Part shown: positions 1 to 8,747 of the stretch, one piece after another
How the letters are laid out: each line of letters opens with the position of its first letter
Position numbering within the stretch: the first letter of the stretch is position 1
Assembly (NCBI GenBank): GCA_046484135.1
Contig: JAWOBU010000135.1
Span: forward strand, 1 to 35,570
Reading direction: 5' to 3'
DNA: 35,570 nucleotides
From: a bacterium
GTDB lineage: Bacteria > RBG-13-61-14 > DATKZS01
Position numbers and translations under genes: made by a program
Notes under the pieces: generated by a model
What the model saw: the letters and a program-made list of their open reading frames with translations, nothing else
Database searches by the model: none
What the model was told of the DNA's origin: nothing

Positions 1-2
1 GA

Positions 3-512
3 CCAGAGGAGGTCGAGGAGATAGACTTCGGCGGTGGAGGCGAAGAGGAACAAGAACAGGCGGCGGAAAGCCCGGTAGAGAAGGAGTCGGGAGAATCTCC
101 GGTTTCGGAAGAAGTCCCTGCACCTGCGGGAGAGGACCAAGTTGAAGCAGAGGCACCGCCTCGCGACGTCGCGAAGTCTGAGGGCCCCGAGGCTTTCGGA
201 GGCGAAGAAAGCGGCGCGGTTGCTGATGATGGCGCGGAGCTCACCGATGAAGCCATCGAGCACCTGGAGGACATGGCCGAGGTGGGGGAGTTTGCCGCGG
301 TTGCCGCGGCCAAGAAAGGCGAGATGCTGAAGTCTGCCGAGGACAAGCTCTCCGAGCTCGAGCACGCGGAGGGCGACTTCATGAACGTGGACGAGCTCAA
401 GAAGCTCTTTGACAACGTGAACCTTTTGATCCAATGGGTGAAGGAGACCTCGGAGCGGCTCGAGAAGCTGGAGAAAAAAGTCGAGGCATTGGAAAAGGAA
501 AAAGAAAAATGA
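3..512 (+). CDS. Partial (5'-truncated) hypothetical protein: acidic low-complexity region plus C-terminal coiled coil
   Basis: Frame of ORF 273..512 is open back to the window edge ([24 protein letters not shown]...); ends [23 protein letters not shown]; stop overlaps next ATG (ATGA 509-512). Confidence 0.75.
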   Translation, partial: PEEVEEIDFGGGGEEEQEQAAESPVEKESGESPVSEEVPAPAGEDQVEAEAPPRDVAKSEGPEAFGGEESGAVADDGAELTDEAIEHLEDMAEVGEFAAVAAAKKGEMLKSAEDKLSELEHAEGDFMNVDELKKLFDNVNLLIQWVKETSERLEKLEKKVEALEKEKEK

Positions 513-1528
513 ACGCCCGGCCGGAAGCAATGCGGGCGGAAGACCGTCTTCTGGAGGTCCGCGACCTGGTAACCGAGTTCCGCACCGAAGAGGGGGTTTT
601 GCGGGCGGTGGACCGGGTCTCGATTGACGTGCCCGCGGGCGGCAAGGTCGGTCTCATCGGCGAGTCCGGCTGCGGCAAGAGCGTTACCGCGCTCTCGGTG
701 TTGCGGCTTATACCCGACCCGCCGGGAAAGATAGCCGGGGGAAGCGTTACCTTCCGCGGCCGGGACCTGCTCTCGTTGCCGGTGTCACAGATGCGCAAAA
801 TCCGGGGCAACGCCATCTCCATGATCTTCCAGGAGCCCATGACTTCCTTGAACCCGGTGTTTACGGTGGGCGACCAGATCAGCGAGGTCATCCGTCTTCA
901 CCAGGGCGCCGGCCGCAAAGAGGCCCGGGCCCTGTCCATGGAGCTGCTCCGAAAGGTAGGCATAGCCGACCCGAAGCAACGGATGAAAGACTACCCCGGC
1001 CAGCTCTCCGGAGGCATGTGCCAGCGGGTCATGATCGCCATGGCCCTGTCCTGCCGGCCCGAGCTTCTGATCGCGGACGAGCCCACCACCGCGCTCGATG
1101 TTACCATCCAGGCGCAAATCCTGGACCTCATCCAGGAGCTGGTCTCCGAGATGGGAATGAGCCTGTTGATCATAACCCATGACCTCGGGGTGGTCGCGGA
1201 GACCGTGGAGTACGTGTACGTCATGTATACCGGCAAGGTGGTGGAGGAGGCCCCGGTGGACACCGTGTTCAAGGACCCGCTTCACCCGTACACCAGGGGG
1301 CTCATGCAGAGCCTGCCGGGAAAAGAGAAACCGGCGAGCGCGTCCGCCAAACAAGGCAGGCAAAGGCTGCCCGTCATTCCCGGGCTGGTGCCGAGCCCCA
1401 TAGACCTGCCGCCGGGATGCCCCTTCCAGAACCGGTGCAACATGGTAAAAGACCACTGCCGGGAGGACATGCCCGAGCTCGTGGAAAAACAAAGCCGCCA
1501 CTTCGCCCGATGCTTCGAGGTCTCCTGA
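509..1528 (+). CDS. Oligopeptide/dipeptide ABC transporter ATP-binding protein (OppD/DppD family)
   Basis: Walker [21 protein letters not shown], signature LSGGMCQRV, Walker [14 protein letters not shown]-terminal HPYT and GCPFQNRC...C...C. Start taken at ATG 509 (ATGA overlap); ATG 530 is an alternative. Confidence 0.92.
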   Translation: MNARPEAMRAEDRLLEVRDLVTEFRTEEGVLRAVDRVSIDVPAGGKVGLIGESGCGKSVTALSVLRLIPDPPGKIAGGSVTFRGRDLLSLPVSQMRKIRGNAISMIFQEPMTSLNPVFTVGDQISEVIRLHQGAGRKEARALSMELLRKVGIADPKQRMKDYPGQLSGGMCQRVMIAMALSCRPELLIADEPTTALDVTIQAQILDLIQELVSEMGMSLLIITHDLGVVAETVEYVYVMYTGKVVEEAPVDTVFKDPLHPYTRGLMQSLPGKEKPASASAKQGRQRLPVIPGLVPSPIDLPPGCPFQNRCNMVKDHCREDMPELVEKQSRHFARCFEVS

Positions 1529-1587
1529 ATGAAGCCGTCCATGAGCGCCCTCTTTTGCGCCGTCTCCGGCGCGCCTGCGGGGAATTC

Positions 1588-1616
1588 TTTACACCCTGAA
1601 GACCGGGTGTTATACT
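1588..1616 (+). promoter_or_regulatory. Putative sigma70 promoter for the lptCAB-rpoN operon
   Basis: TTTACA (1588-1593), 17 nt spacer, TGt-TATACT (1611-1616) in the intergenic region upstream of lptC. Confidence 0.6.
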
Positions 1617-1680
1617 CACAAACAGAAAGGACATGCGTTTTTAAAGCGCATCGCTCATTGATTTCAAGGGCTTAAGTTTT

Positions 1681-2676
1681 ATGAAGAACCTGCGGGCAGC
1701 GGGCGTGGCGGCGGTCATTATTCTAGCCTGCATCCTGGCCGTAGCACTTTATAAAAAGGGTGCGAAACAAAGCGCGGATACGGCTTACTCCCCGGTGCTG
1801 CCGGAGGGAGTGAAGACAGCGCTGGAAGGCCGGACCAGGATCACTTCCACGGAAAAGGGAAAGCTGTCCTGGACCATGATTTGCGAAGGACTCGAGTTCT
1901 ATCGGCCGGAAGAGAAAGAGCCCGGGCTGGTCAAGGTAGAGGGCCCGGCAGCGACAATACCGCTGGAAGACGGCGGCACCGCCCGGGTGGAATCCCGTCA
2001 TGGGGTTTATTACCAGGACAGCGAGGACATCCTTATGAAGAAGGGAGTCCGCGCCGACTTTTTCCGGGAGGGGAAAAAAGAGTGGACCATTGACGGCGAG
2101 ACCGCCAGCTATCGCGGCGGCGCCGAAGACTTTTACGTCTCCGGTCTTAGTGCCGTCATGTTCCCGGCCTCGGGGGGCACCGTGAACCTTTCCGGCAAAA
2201 AGGCGAGATACGATACCGGCGCCGGAATCATGTACTTGAAAAAAAACGTGGACATAACGCTTAACAGGGAGGGGAAAATAGATTGGACCCTCTCGGGAGA
2301 CACCGCTTCCTACCGGGAAAAGCAGGACACCTACCACGTAAGCAATATGAAAGCCACCCGATTTGACGGCTCCGGCAAGGAGCTCATAATAAGCGGCCGG
2401 GCCGGCTCCTACAACGCCGGGACCGAAAAGATGACCATAACCGGCTCGGTAAGCGTAAACTGGAAGAAGGACGTAACTCTCGAGACCGGCCGGCTTGACT
2501 ACGACGCGAGAGAAAAGATCGCATCCACCGACTCCCGCGTCCGGATCAAGGGGGACGGCTGGAGCGCCCGGGGCAAAGGGTTATGGGCGAACACCGGCAC
2601 CGAGAAGGTCATCATAAAGCATGACGTAAAGATGAACTTCGAGCGCGGCTTCTCCGGGGAGGAATTAGAAAAATGA
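1681..2676 (+). CDS. lptC: LPS export protein LptC, elongated with internal repeats
   Basis: N-terminal TM anchor, beta-jellyroll-like strands (GKxxWT, TLETGRLDYD, TDSRVRIKG, GKGL), immediately upstream of lptA-lptB. Confidence 0.8.
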   Translation: MKNLRAAGVAAVIILACILAVALYKKGAKQSADTAYSPVLPEGVKTALEGRTRITSTEKGKLSWTMICEGLEFYRPEEKEPGLVKVEGPAATIPLEDGGTARVESRHGVYYQDSEDILMKKGVRADFFREGKKEWTIDGETASYRGGAEDFYVSGLSAVMFPASGGTVNLSGKKARYDTGAGIMYLKKNVDITLNREGKIDWTLSGDTASYREKQDTYHVSNMKATRFDGSGKELIISGRAGSYNAGTEKMTITGSVSVNWKKDVTLETGRLDYDAREKIASTDSRVRIKGDGWSARGKGLWANTGTEKVIIKHDVKMNFERGFSGEELEK

Positions 2677-3251
2677 CAAGAGGCCTGATATGGCGCGGGA
2701 CCGCTGCCCTGCTGGCGCTCGTTGTAACGGCCTTGCCCGCGGTCGCCCAGTTCGAGGCCCCTTCCGGGCCTTTCAGCGGGTTCAAGTCCGCGGACGAGGA
2801 GCCGGTATATATTAACGCGGAGCGGTTCGAGGGCGACCTGGCGGCCCGCAAGCTGGTGTGGCTCGAGCACGTGACAGCCAAGCAGGGAAAGCGGACCATT
2901 TACGCCGACCGCATGGACGTAATCTATGAACAGGACTGGAAGGTAAAAACCCTGGTGGCCCGCGGCAACGTCAAGGTCCACATGGAGGACACCTTTGCCA
3001 CCGCGGACAAGTTGATATGGGACAACACCAAGAAAGTCATCTACCTTATTGGCAAGCCCCGGGTGGTGCAGGAGAACCAGATCATACTGGGACGGAAGAT
3101 GACCTACTGGATCGAGAAAGAGAAGATGCGGGTGGAAAAGCCCCGCATCGAATGGAGGCAGAAGAAGCCGGAAGGAAAGGCCGAGCAGCCGGGAACGGAG
3201 GAAGCGGTCCCGGCCGGCGAGGAAAAAGAACAAAAAGGAAGCAAGGATTAG
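2673..3251 (+). CDS. lptA: LPS transport periplasmic protein LptA (OstA-like)
   Basis: Signal peptide, PVYINAERFE, IYADRMDV, ARGNVKV, LIGKPRVVQ; between lptC and lptB; ATGA overlap with lptC. Confidence 0.85.
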   Translation: MTRGLIWRGTAALLALVVTALPAVAQFEAPSGPFSGFKSADEEPVYINAERFEGDLAARKLVWLEHVTAKQGKRTIYADRMDVIYEQDWKVKTLVARGNVKVHMEDTFATADKLIWDNTKKVIYLIGKPRVVQENQIILGRKMTYWIEKEKMRVEKPRIEWRQKKPEGKAEQPGTEEAVPAGEEKEQKGSKD

Positions 3252-3278
3252 TAGCGTCACATTGAATTTTATAAGCTG

Positions 3279-3318
3279 TGTGCGAGCGACTTTAGTCGCG
3301 AGTAAACTCGCTCGCACA
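3279..3318. repeat. Intergenic REP-like palindrome
   Basis: TGTGCGAGCGA (3279-3289) and TCGCTCGCACA (3308-3318) form a perfect 11-bp inverted repeat; internal GCGACTTTAGTCGC is also self-complementary. Confidence 0.55.
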
Positions 3319-3381
3319 AAAAACTGCTTCTTGGAAGCGACAAAGACAATTGTGAGCAAACACTAGCTCCGAGACAGGAAG

Positions 3382-4236
3382 ATGAAAGGAAATTCCCAGA
3401 CGGCAACAGCCGGGATAAGGACGGAAGGGAAGCCGGAGATTGCCGAGCGGGGCCTTGTGGCCCGCAGTCTAAAGAAGACCTATCACGGCCGCAAGGTGGT
3501 GGACGGGGTGGGCTTTTCCGTGCGTCCCGGCGAAGTCGCCGGACTGCTCGGTCCGAACGGCGCGGGCAAGACCACCAGCTTTTACATGGTGGTGGGCGTG
3601 ATCCAGCCGGACGGCGGCGAGGTGTTCCTGGAGGGGCGGGAGATAGTGGACCTCCCCATGTATAAGCGGGCCGCCCGCGGTATTAATTACCTTCCGCAGG
3701 AGGCGTCCATCTTCAGGGGGTTGTCGGTGGAGGACAACCTCATGGCGGTGGCCGAGCACATGGCCCTTTCCAAAAGGGAGAGGAAAGAGCGGGTGGATAT
3801 GCTGCTTCGCGAGCTGGGGGTCGAGCACATCAGGAAGAACAAGGCAGTAACCCTGTCGGGGGGTGAAAGAAGAAGGGTCGAGATCGCCCGCAGCCTGGTT
3901 ACCGAGCCCAGGATAATCCTCATGGACGAGCCGTTCGCCGGCATAGACCCCATAGCAGTGTCCGACATCCAGAGGATCGTAAACAACCTTTCCGAGAGGG
4001 GCATCGGCGTGCTCATTACCGACCATAACGTGCGGGAGACCCTGAGCATCTGCGACCATGCAACCATCATCCACGAGGGGGCCGTCATCATTTCCGGCAC
4101 GCCGGCTGATATCGTCGAGAACCCGCTGGCCAGGAAGCACTATCTGGGCGAGGACTTCGAGCTGGTAAGCTCGAAAAGAGCTCCCGGCAATAAGCATTCG
4201 AGCTCGCAAGGGCCGCAACAAAAGGAGGACCTTTAA
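3382..4236 (+). CDS. lptB: LPS export ABC transporter ATP-binding protein LptB
   Basis: GPNGAGKTTSFYMVVG, YLPQEASIFR, LSGGERRRVEIAR, DEPFAGIDP, LITDHNVRETL, YLGEDF. Confidence 0.96.
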   Translation: MKGNSQTATAGIRTEGKPEIAERGLVARSLKKTYHGRKVVDGVGFSVRPGEVAGLLGPNGAGKTTSFYMVVGVIQPDGGEVFLEGREIVDLPMYKRAARGINYLPQEASIFRGLSVEDNLMAVAEHMALSKRERKERVDMLLRELGVEHIRKNKAVTLSGGERRRVEIARSLVTEPRIILMDEPFAGIDPIAVSDIQRIVNNLSERGIGVLITDHNVRETLSICDHATIIHEGAVIISGTPADIVENPLARKHYLGEDFELVSSKRAPGNKHSSSQGPQQKEDL

Positions 4237-4250
4237 AAGGCGGTGAGAAC

Positions 4251-5690
4251 ATGGCGATAGAGCTGAAGCAAAGCGTTAAGCTGTCCCAGCAACTGGTGAT
4301 AACCCCCCAGCTCCAGCAGGCCATCAAGCTCCTGCAGCTTTCCCGGCTCGAGCTTACCGAGGCCATCAACGAGGAGATGCAGGAGAACCCGGTCCTGGAG
4401 GAGCTGCCCGAGTCGGAGCTCGAACCGGAGGAGCAGGCCCGCCACACCGACGAAGCGGAAGGGGTGAAGCCGCAGGAGCAGGAAGACAGCTATGACGACC
4501 TGGACTGGGAGAAGTTCCTCGACCAGTACGAAGACCTCAAGTACCTCGGCATGGGGGGAGGAACGGGAGCAAAGGGACAGGAAGAAGATCTTCCCCAGGT
4601 GGACGCCACCCTGAGTAAAAAAATAACACTGTCCGACCACCTGTTCTGGCAGCTTCGGCTGTCCAACTTCACCCTGGAAGAGGAAAAGATAGGAAACCTC
4701 ATCATAGGAAACTTAAACGACGACGGGTACCTTACCGCGGACCTCGAGCTTATCGCCCAGGAGAGCGGAGAGGACATGTCCAAGGTCAAGGAGGTCCTCC
4801 AAAGAATACAGAACATGGACCCCGCCGGAGTGGCGGCCCGGAGCCTTAAAGAATGCCTGCTTCTCCAGCTCAAGCAGTTCGATGATCTCGATCCCCTGAT
4901 CGGCCAGATAATAGAGAACCACCTCATCCGGCTCCAGAACAAGGACTACCGGACCATCTCCCGCGAGCTCAAGGTCCCGGTCTCCAAGGTCAAGGAGGCG
5001 GTAAAGTTCATCCAGAGGCTCGAGCCCAAGCCGGGCAGGCCCTTCTCTTCCGAGCAGGCCGAGTACATCACCCCCGACATCTACGTCTACCGGGTGGGGG
5101 ACGATTACGCCATTGTCTTAAACGAGGACGGCCTGCCCAAGCTCCGGGTAAGCCCCTATTACCGGAGGATACTGAAGGAAAAAAGCAACGAGTCCAAGGT
5201 GGCCCGCGAGTACATTCAGGAGAAGTTAAAAAGCGCGGTATGGCTTATTAGAAGCCTCCACCAGCGACAAAGGACCATCTACAGGGTCACCGAGTCCATA
5301 CTCAAATTCCAGCGGGACTTCTTTGATAAAGGCATCGCCCATTTAAAGCCCATGGTCTTGAAAGACGTGGCCCAGGACATTGAAATGCACGAGTCTACCG
5401 TCTCCAGGATAACCGCACAGAAGTACGTGTATACCCCCCAGGGCATCTTCCCCTTGAAGTTCTTCTTCAACTCCAGTATCGAGACCAACGAGGGAGGGAC
5501 CGTGGCCGCCGAGTCGGTAAAGGACCGGATCAAGCAGGTCATTGACGCCGAGGATGCAAGGCAGCCCTTCTCCGACCAGGAGATCGTGGAAAAGCTCTCC
5601 GAGCAAGGCATCAAGATCGCAAGAAGAACGGTGACCAAGTACAGGGAGATGATGGGCGTACTGTCGTCTTCCAAGAGAAAGCAGTTGTGA
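4251..5690 (+). CDS. rpoN: RNA polymerase sigma-54 factor
   Basis: Region I TPQLQQAIKLLQL, HESTVSR helix-turn-helix, RpoN box ARRTVTKYRE. Confidence 0.98.
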   Translation: MAIELKQSVKLSQQLVITPQLQQAIKLLQLSRLELTEAINEEMQENPVLEELPESELEPEEQARHTDEAEGVKPQEQEDSYDDLDWEKFLDQYEDLKYLGMGGGTGAKGQEEDLPQVDATLSKKITLSDHLFWQLRLSNFTLEEEKIGNLIIGNLNDDGYLTADLELIAQESGEDMSKVKEVLQRIQNMDPAGVAARSLKECLLLQLKQFDDLDPLIGQIIENHLIRLQNKDYRTISRELKVPVSKVKEAVKFIQRLEPKPGRPFSSEQAEYITPDIYVYRVGDDYAIVLNEDGLPKLRVSPYYRRILKEKSNESKVAREYIQEKLKSAVWLIRSLHQRQRTIYRVTESILKFQRDFFDKGIAHLKPMVLKDVAQDIEMHESTVSRITAQKYVYTPQGIFPLKFFFNSSIETNEGGTVAAESVKDRIKQVIDAEDARQPFSDQEIVEKLSEQGIKIARRTVTKYREMMGVLSSSKRKQL

Positions 5691-5754
5691 AGAAGAGACT
5701 CCCCTCAAAAGAAAGGGCTCGACGATTTCTTAAAGCAGGAAGGAGAGGTATTTA

Positions 5755-6303
5755 ATGAAGATCAACACCACCTTCAGACACATGGACTCCGACGACGACA
5801 TCAGGAGCTACGTGGAAGACAAGCTCGAAAAGCTGGCCGGGAAGTACTTCCGGAAACCGCAGGAAGCCAATGTTATCATGGAAGCGGAGAAGTTCCGCCG
5901 GAGCGTGGAGATCATCCTGCGGGCGGACAACATGCAGCTTACCAGCAAGGAGGAAAAAGAGGACTTAAGAAGCGCGGCGGACCTGGCCCTGGACAAGCTG
6001 GAAAAGCAGACCCGGAAGAAGAGCAAAAAGATTGACAAGAAAAAGAACCGCGGCAACGACCTCAAACAATCCTTTGCCGTGTACCGGGGAGGACCGGAGA
6101 CTGCCCCCCTGGAGGAGGCGGCCGAGCCCGAGGTCATCAAGGTGGACAAGTTCATTCCCAAGCCCATGTCGGTGGACGACGCCATTGTCATCCTGGAAGA
6201 GCAGGGCGACGATTTCATGGTCTACCGCGACTCCGAGAGTATGGGCATCGCCGTGATCTACCGGAGGCCGGACGGAAACTACGGGCTTATCGAGCCGGAG
6301 TAG
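5755..6303 (+). CDS. hpf: Ribosome hibernation promoting factor, long form (RaiA/HPF with C-terminal S30AE domain)
   Basis: Follows rpoN; ITFRH-like start, LDKLEKQ, C-terminal KPMSVDDA...YRRPDGNYGLIEPE. Confidence 0.92.
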   Translation: MKINTTFRHMDSDDDIRSYVEDKLEKLAGKYFRKPQEANVIMEAEKFRRSVEIILRADNMQLTSKEEKEDLRSAADLALDKLEKQTRKKSKKIDKKKNRGNDLKQSFAVYRGGPETAPLEEAAEPEVIKVDKFIPKPMSVDDAIVILEEQGDDFMVYRDSESMGIAVIYRRPDGNYGLIEPE

Positions 6304-6311
6304 CCGTTGGC

Positions 6312-6340
6312 CTGAAACCGAAAAGCTGAAGTGATATAAT
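6312..6340 (+). promoter_or_regulatory. Putative extended -10 sigma70 promoter upstream of ptsN
   Basis: CTGAAA (6312-6317), 17 nt spacer, TGa-TATAAT (6332-6340). Confidence 0.55.
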
Positions 6341-6501
6341 AGCCGGATTCCCGGCTGCAGGGGTAACCCGACCGGGAGCATCCGGCTTTTGCGCTGTAAG
6401 AAAGCCGGCGGGAAACCCGGCCGGAAGCGCTGGTGCGGGCCGGAAATTTCCCGGCGGTCCCGCGTGGCTTAGCCGGGAAAAAACTAAGTGAGTGTGTTAA
6501 A

Positions 6502-6960
6502 GTGAGGCTTAAAGACATCTTCTCCGCCGAGAACGTGGTCGCCGACCTCAAATCGAAAGACCGGGACGGCGTGATCTCCGAGCTTTTGGACGTTGTTATT
6601 GACCGGGTTCCCATGGAAAAGGACAAGCTGCTCCAGGTGCTGGTGCAGAGGGAGGACCAGTCGGCGACGGCCATGAACGGGATGGTGGCCGTTCCCCACG
6701 GAAGGATACCCGAGCTGGAGAGCTTCGTCATGGGGGTCGGCAGGAGCCGGGAAGGGGTTGATTTCGGAGCCGAGGACAGTTACACGAAGATATTTTTTCT
6801 TCTGATCGCACCCGGCGCGGACACGGTAAACCATCTCAAGATTCTGGCCCGGATCGCCCGGCTCTGCCGGAACGAGGACTTTAAGACCGACCTCCTGGAG
6901 GCTGGCTCCGCGGAGGAAATCTATCAGAGGATCGTGGAAGAGGAAGAGAAGATCATCTAG
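6502..6960 (+). CDS. ptsN: PTS IIA-like nitrogen regulatory protein (EIIA-Ntr/Fru family)
   Basis: VAVPHGR phospho-His motif, GVDFGA, HLKILARIARL; rpoN-hpf context. GTG 6502 preferred over 6433 on typical length. Confidence 0.85.
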   Translation: MRLKDIFSAENVVADLKSKDRDGVISELLDVVIDRVPMEKDKLLQVLVQREDQSATAMNGMVAVPHGRIPELESFVMGVGRSREGVDFGAEDSYTKIFFLLIAPGADTVNHLKILARIARLCRNEDFKTDLLEAGSAEEIYQRIVEEEEKII

Positions 6961-6995
6961 CGCTTTATCAATTGCGAGAGATTTAAAGAATTGTC

Positions 6996-7964
6996 ATGAA
7001 CCGGGTAATCATAAGAAACCTTTTGGAGGACGAGGATTACCAGCTCGAGCTGAAGCTGGTCTCGGGGGAAGAGCAGCTCGAACGGGTGGTGACGGACTTC
7101 ACCGTTCACAAGCTGGGTCTCGCCCTTACCGGCGTGCACTTTTTCATAGACCCGGGGCAGGTCCAGATCATGGGCGGGTCCGAGATAGCATACCTGCAAA
7201 TGCTTTCCGACCCGGACACCAAGGATGCCATTGACCGGCTGATGCAGTTCGACTTTCCGTGCCTCATCATCACCAAGGACCTTACACCCCCGGCGGAAAT
7301 CATCGAGGCCCTGGAAAGGAAGAACATACCCTGCCTGAAGTCTTCCCTCGACACCGCCGAGTTCATAAGAAGACTGGACGGGTTTTTGGACGAACACCTA
7401 GCCCCCCGCATCAGCTTCCACGGCGTGCTCATAGACGTGATCGGGATCGGCACGCTCATACTCGGGCAAAGCGGAATAGGAAAAAGCGAGACCGCGCTGG
7501 ACCTGGTACTCAAAGGACACCGCCTGGTGGCCGACGACATCGTGGAAATCTACCGGCGGGGAAACGCCGCCCTTATAGGCCGGTCCTCCAACATGATCAA
7601 GTTCCACATGGAGATCCGGGGACTGGGGATCATAAACGTGGAGGACCTCTTCGGGATATCCGCCACCCGGGACCGGAAACGGATAGACCTCGTGATCGAG
7701 CTGGTCGAGTGGGAGCAAGGAAAGGACTACGACCGGCTGGGACTGGAGGAGGAAAGCTACAACGTGCTGGGAATAGAGGTTCCCCATCTCACCGTGCCTA
7801 TCAGGCCGGGCCGCAACATATCCACCATTGTCGAGGTGGCGGCAAGGAACCAGATACTGAAAAAACGCGGACACTATTCCGCCCGCGAGTTCCAGCAACT
7901 GCTCATAAAAGGGCTGGCCGCCGCGGACGAGGGATCATGGAAGCCGGCGGAAGAGGTGGAGTAG
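6996..7964 (+). CDS. hprK: HPr(Ser) kinase/phosphorylase
   Basis: HGVLIDV, Walker A GQSGIGKSETAL, GHRLVADD, MEIRGLGII, PIRPGRN, EVAARN. Confidence 0.97.
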   Translation: MNRVIIRNLLEDEDYQLELKLVSGEEQLERVVTDFTVHKLGLALTGVHFFIDPGQVQIMGGSEIAYLQMLSDPDTKDAIDRLMQFDFPCLIITKDLTPPAEIIEALERKNIPCLKSSLDTAEFIRRLDGFLDEHLAPRISFHGVLIDVIGIGTLILGQSGIGKSETALDLVLKGHRLVADDIVEIYRRGNAALIGRSSNMIKFHMEIRGLGIINVEDLFGISATRDRKRIDLVIELVEWEQGKDYDRLGLEEESYNVLGIEVPHLTVPIRPGRNISTIVEVAARNQILKKRGHYSAREFQQLLIKGLAAADEGSWKPAEEVE

Positions 7965-8369
7965 ATGGTCGGAGTGGTTATTGTTACTCACGGGAACCTG
8001 GCCCGAGACCTGGTCGAAGTAACCGAGATGATCGTGGGCGCGCCCACCACCATCATTCCCGTGACCATACAGCCCGACGAAGGAATCGGAGAGATCGCCA
8101 AGAAGGTGGACGACGCAGTGAAGTCCGCGGACAAGGGCAAAGGGGTCCTGATATTGACGGACCTTTTCGGGGGGACGCCCTCCAACGTGAGCCTGTCCTT
8201 TCTCCAGGAAAACGTGGTCGAGGTCATATCGGGCGTAAACCTGCCCATGACCATCAAGATATCCACCCACTGCGACACCACCGATCTGAAGGAGCTGGCA
8301 AGGCTCGCGAGAAACGCGGGCAAAAAGAACATCTCCCTGGCGTCGGAGATCATGAAAAAGAAGGTGTGA
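7965..8369 (+). CDS. PTS mannose/fructose-family EIIA component
   Basis: VIVTHG phospho-His motif, LTDLFGGTPSN, VISGVNLPM. Confidence 0.93.
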   Translation: MVGVVIVTHGNLARDLVEVTEMIVGAPTTIIPVTIQPDEGIGEIAKKVDDAVKSADKGKGVLILTDLFGGTPSNVSLSFLQENVVEVISGVNLPMTIKISTHCDTTDLKELARLARNAGKKNISLASEIMKKKV

Positions 8370-8475
8370 AGTAATACGCCAATGAAAGTGAAAACCGTAA
8401 AGAAAAAACCGTTAAGGCGGGAAAATGAAAAATAGCGGAAGCTCCCGGGACAGGCCGGAGGAGTCCGGAAGCGAG

Positions 8476-8745
8476 GTGGAGGAAAAAGAGCTGTCCATTA
8501 TGAACCGGCTGGGGCTGCACGCCCGGGCCGCCGGGCACTTCCGCAAGAAAGCGGCAGAGTTCGACTCGCACATCGAGGTGGAGAAAGGGCACGTAACCTG
8601 TGACGGCAAAAGCCTTTTGGGGCTCATGGCTCTCGAGGCCTCGCAGGGGACCACCATAAAGGTCCGGGCAGAAGGACAGGACGCCAAACAAGCGGTGGAC
8701 GCACTGGAAGAGCTGGTGAACGACCGCTTCGGGGAAGAAGAGTAA
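8476..8745 (+). CDS. ptsH: Phosphocarrier protein HPr
   Basis: GLHARAA (His15 motif), GKSLLGLMAL (Ser46 motif), FGEE end. GTG 8476 gives a typical ~89 aa; ATG 8425 is possible. Confidence 0.92.
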   Translation: MEEKELSIMNRLGLHARAAGHFRKKAAEFDSHIEVEKGHVTCDGKSLLGLMALEASQGTTIKVRAEGQDAKQAVDALEELVNDRFGEEE

Positions 8746-8747
8746 AA

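Noticed and set aside
6341..6490. SRP RNA, 6S RNA or tRNA call for the structured region
   Set aside because: No SRP domain IV motif, no single long 6S-like rod, no cloverleaf or TTCGA arm recognised; kept only as an unknown structured region.
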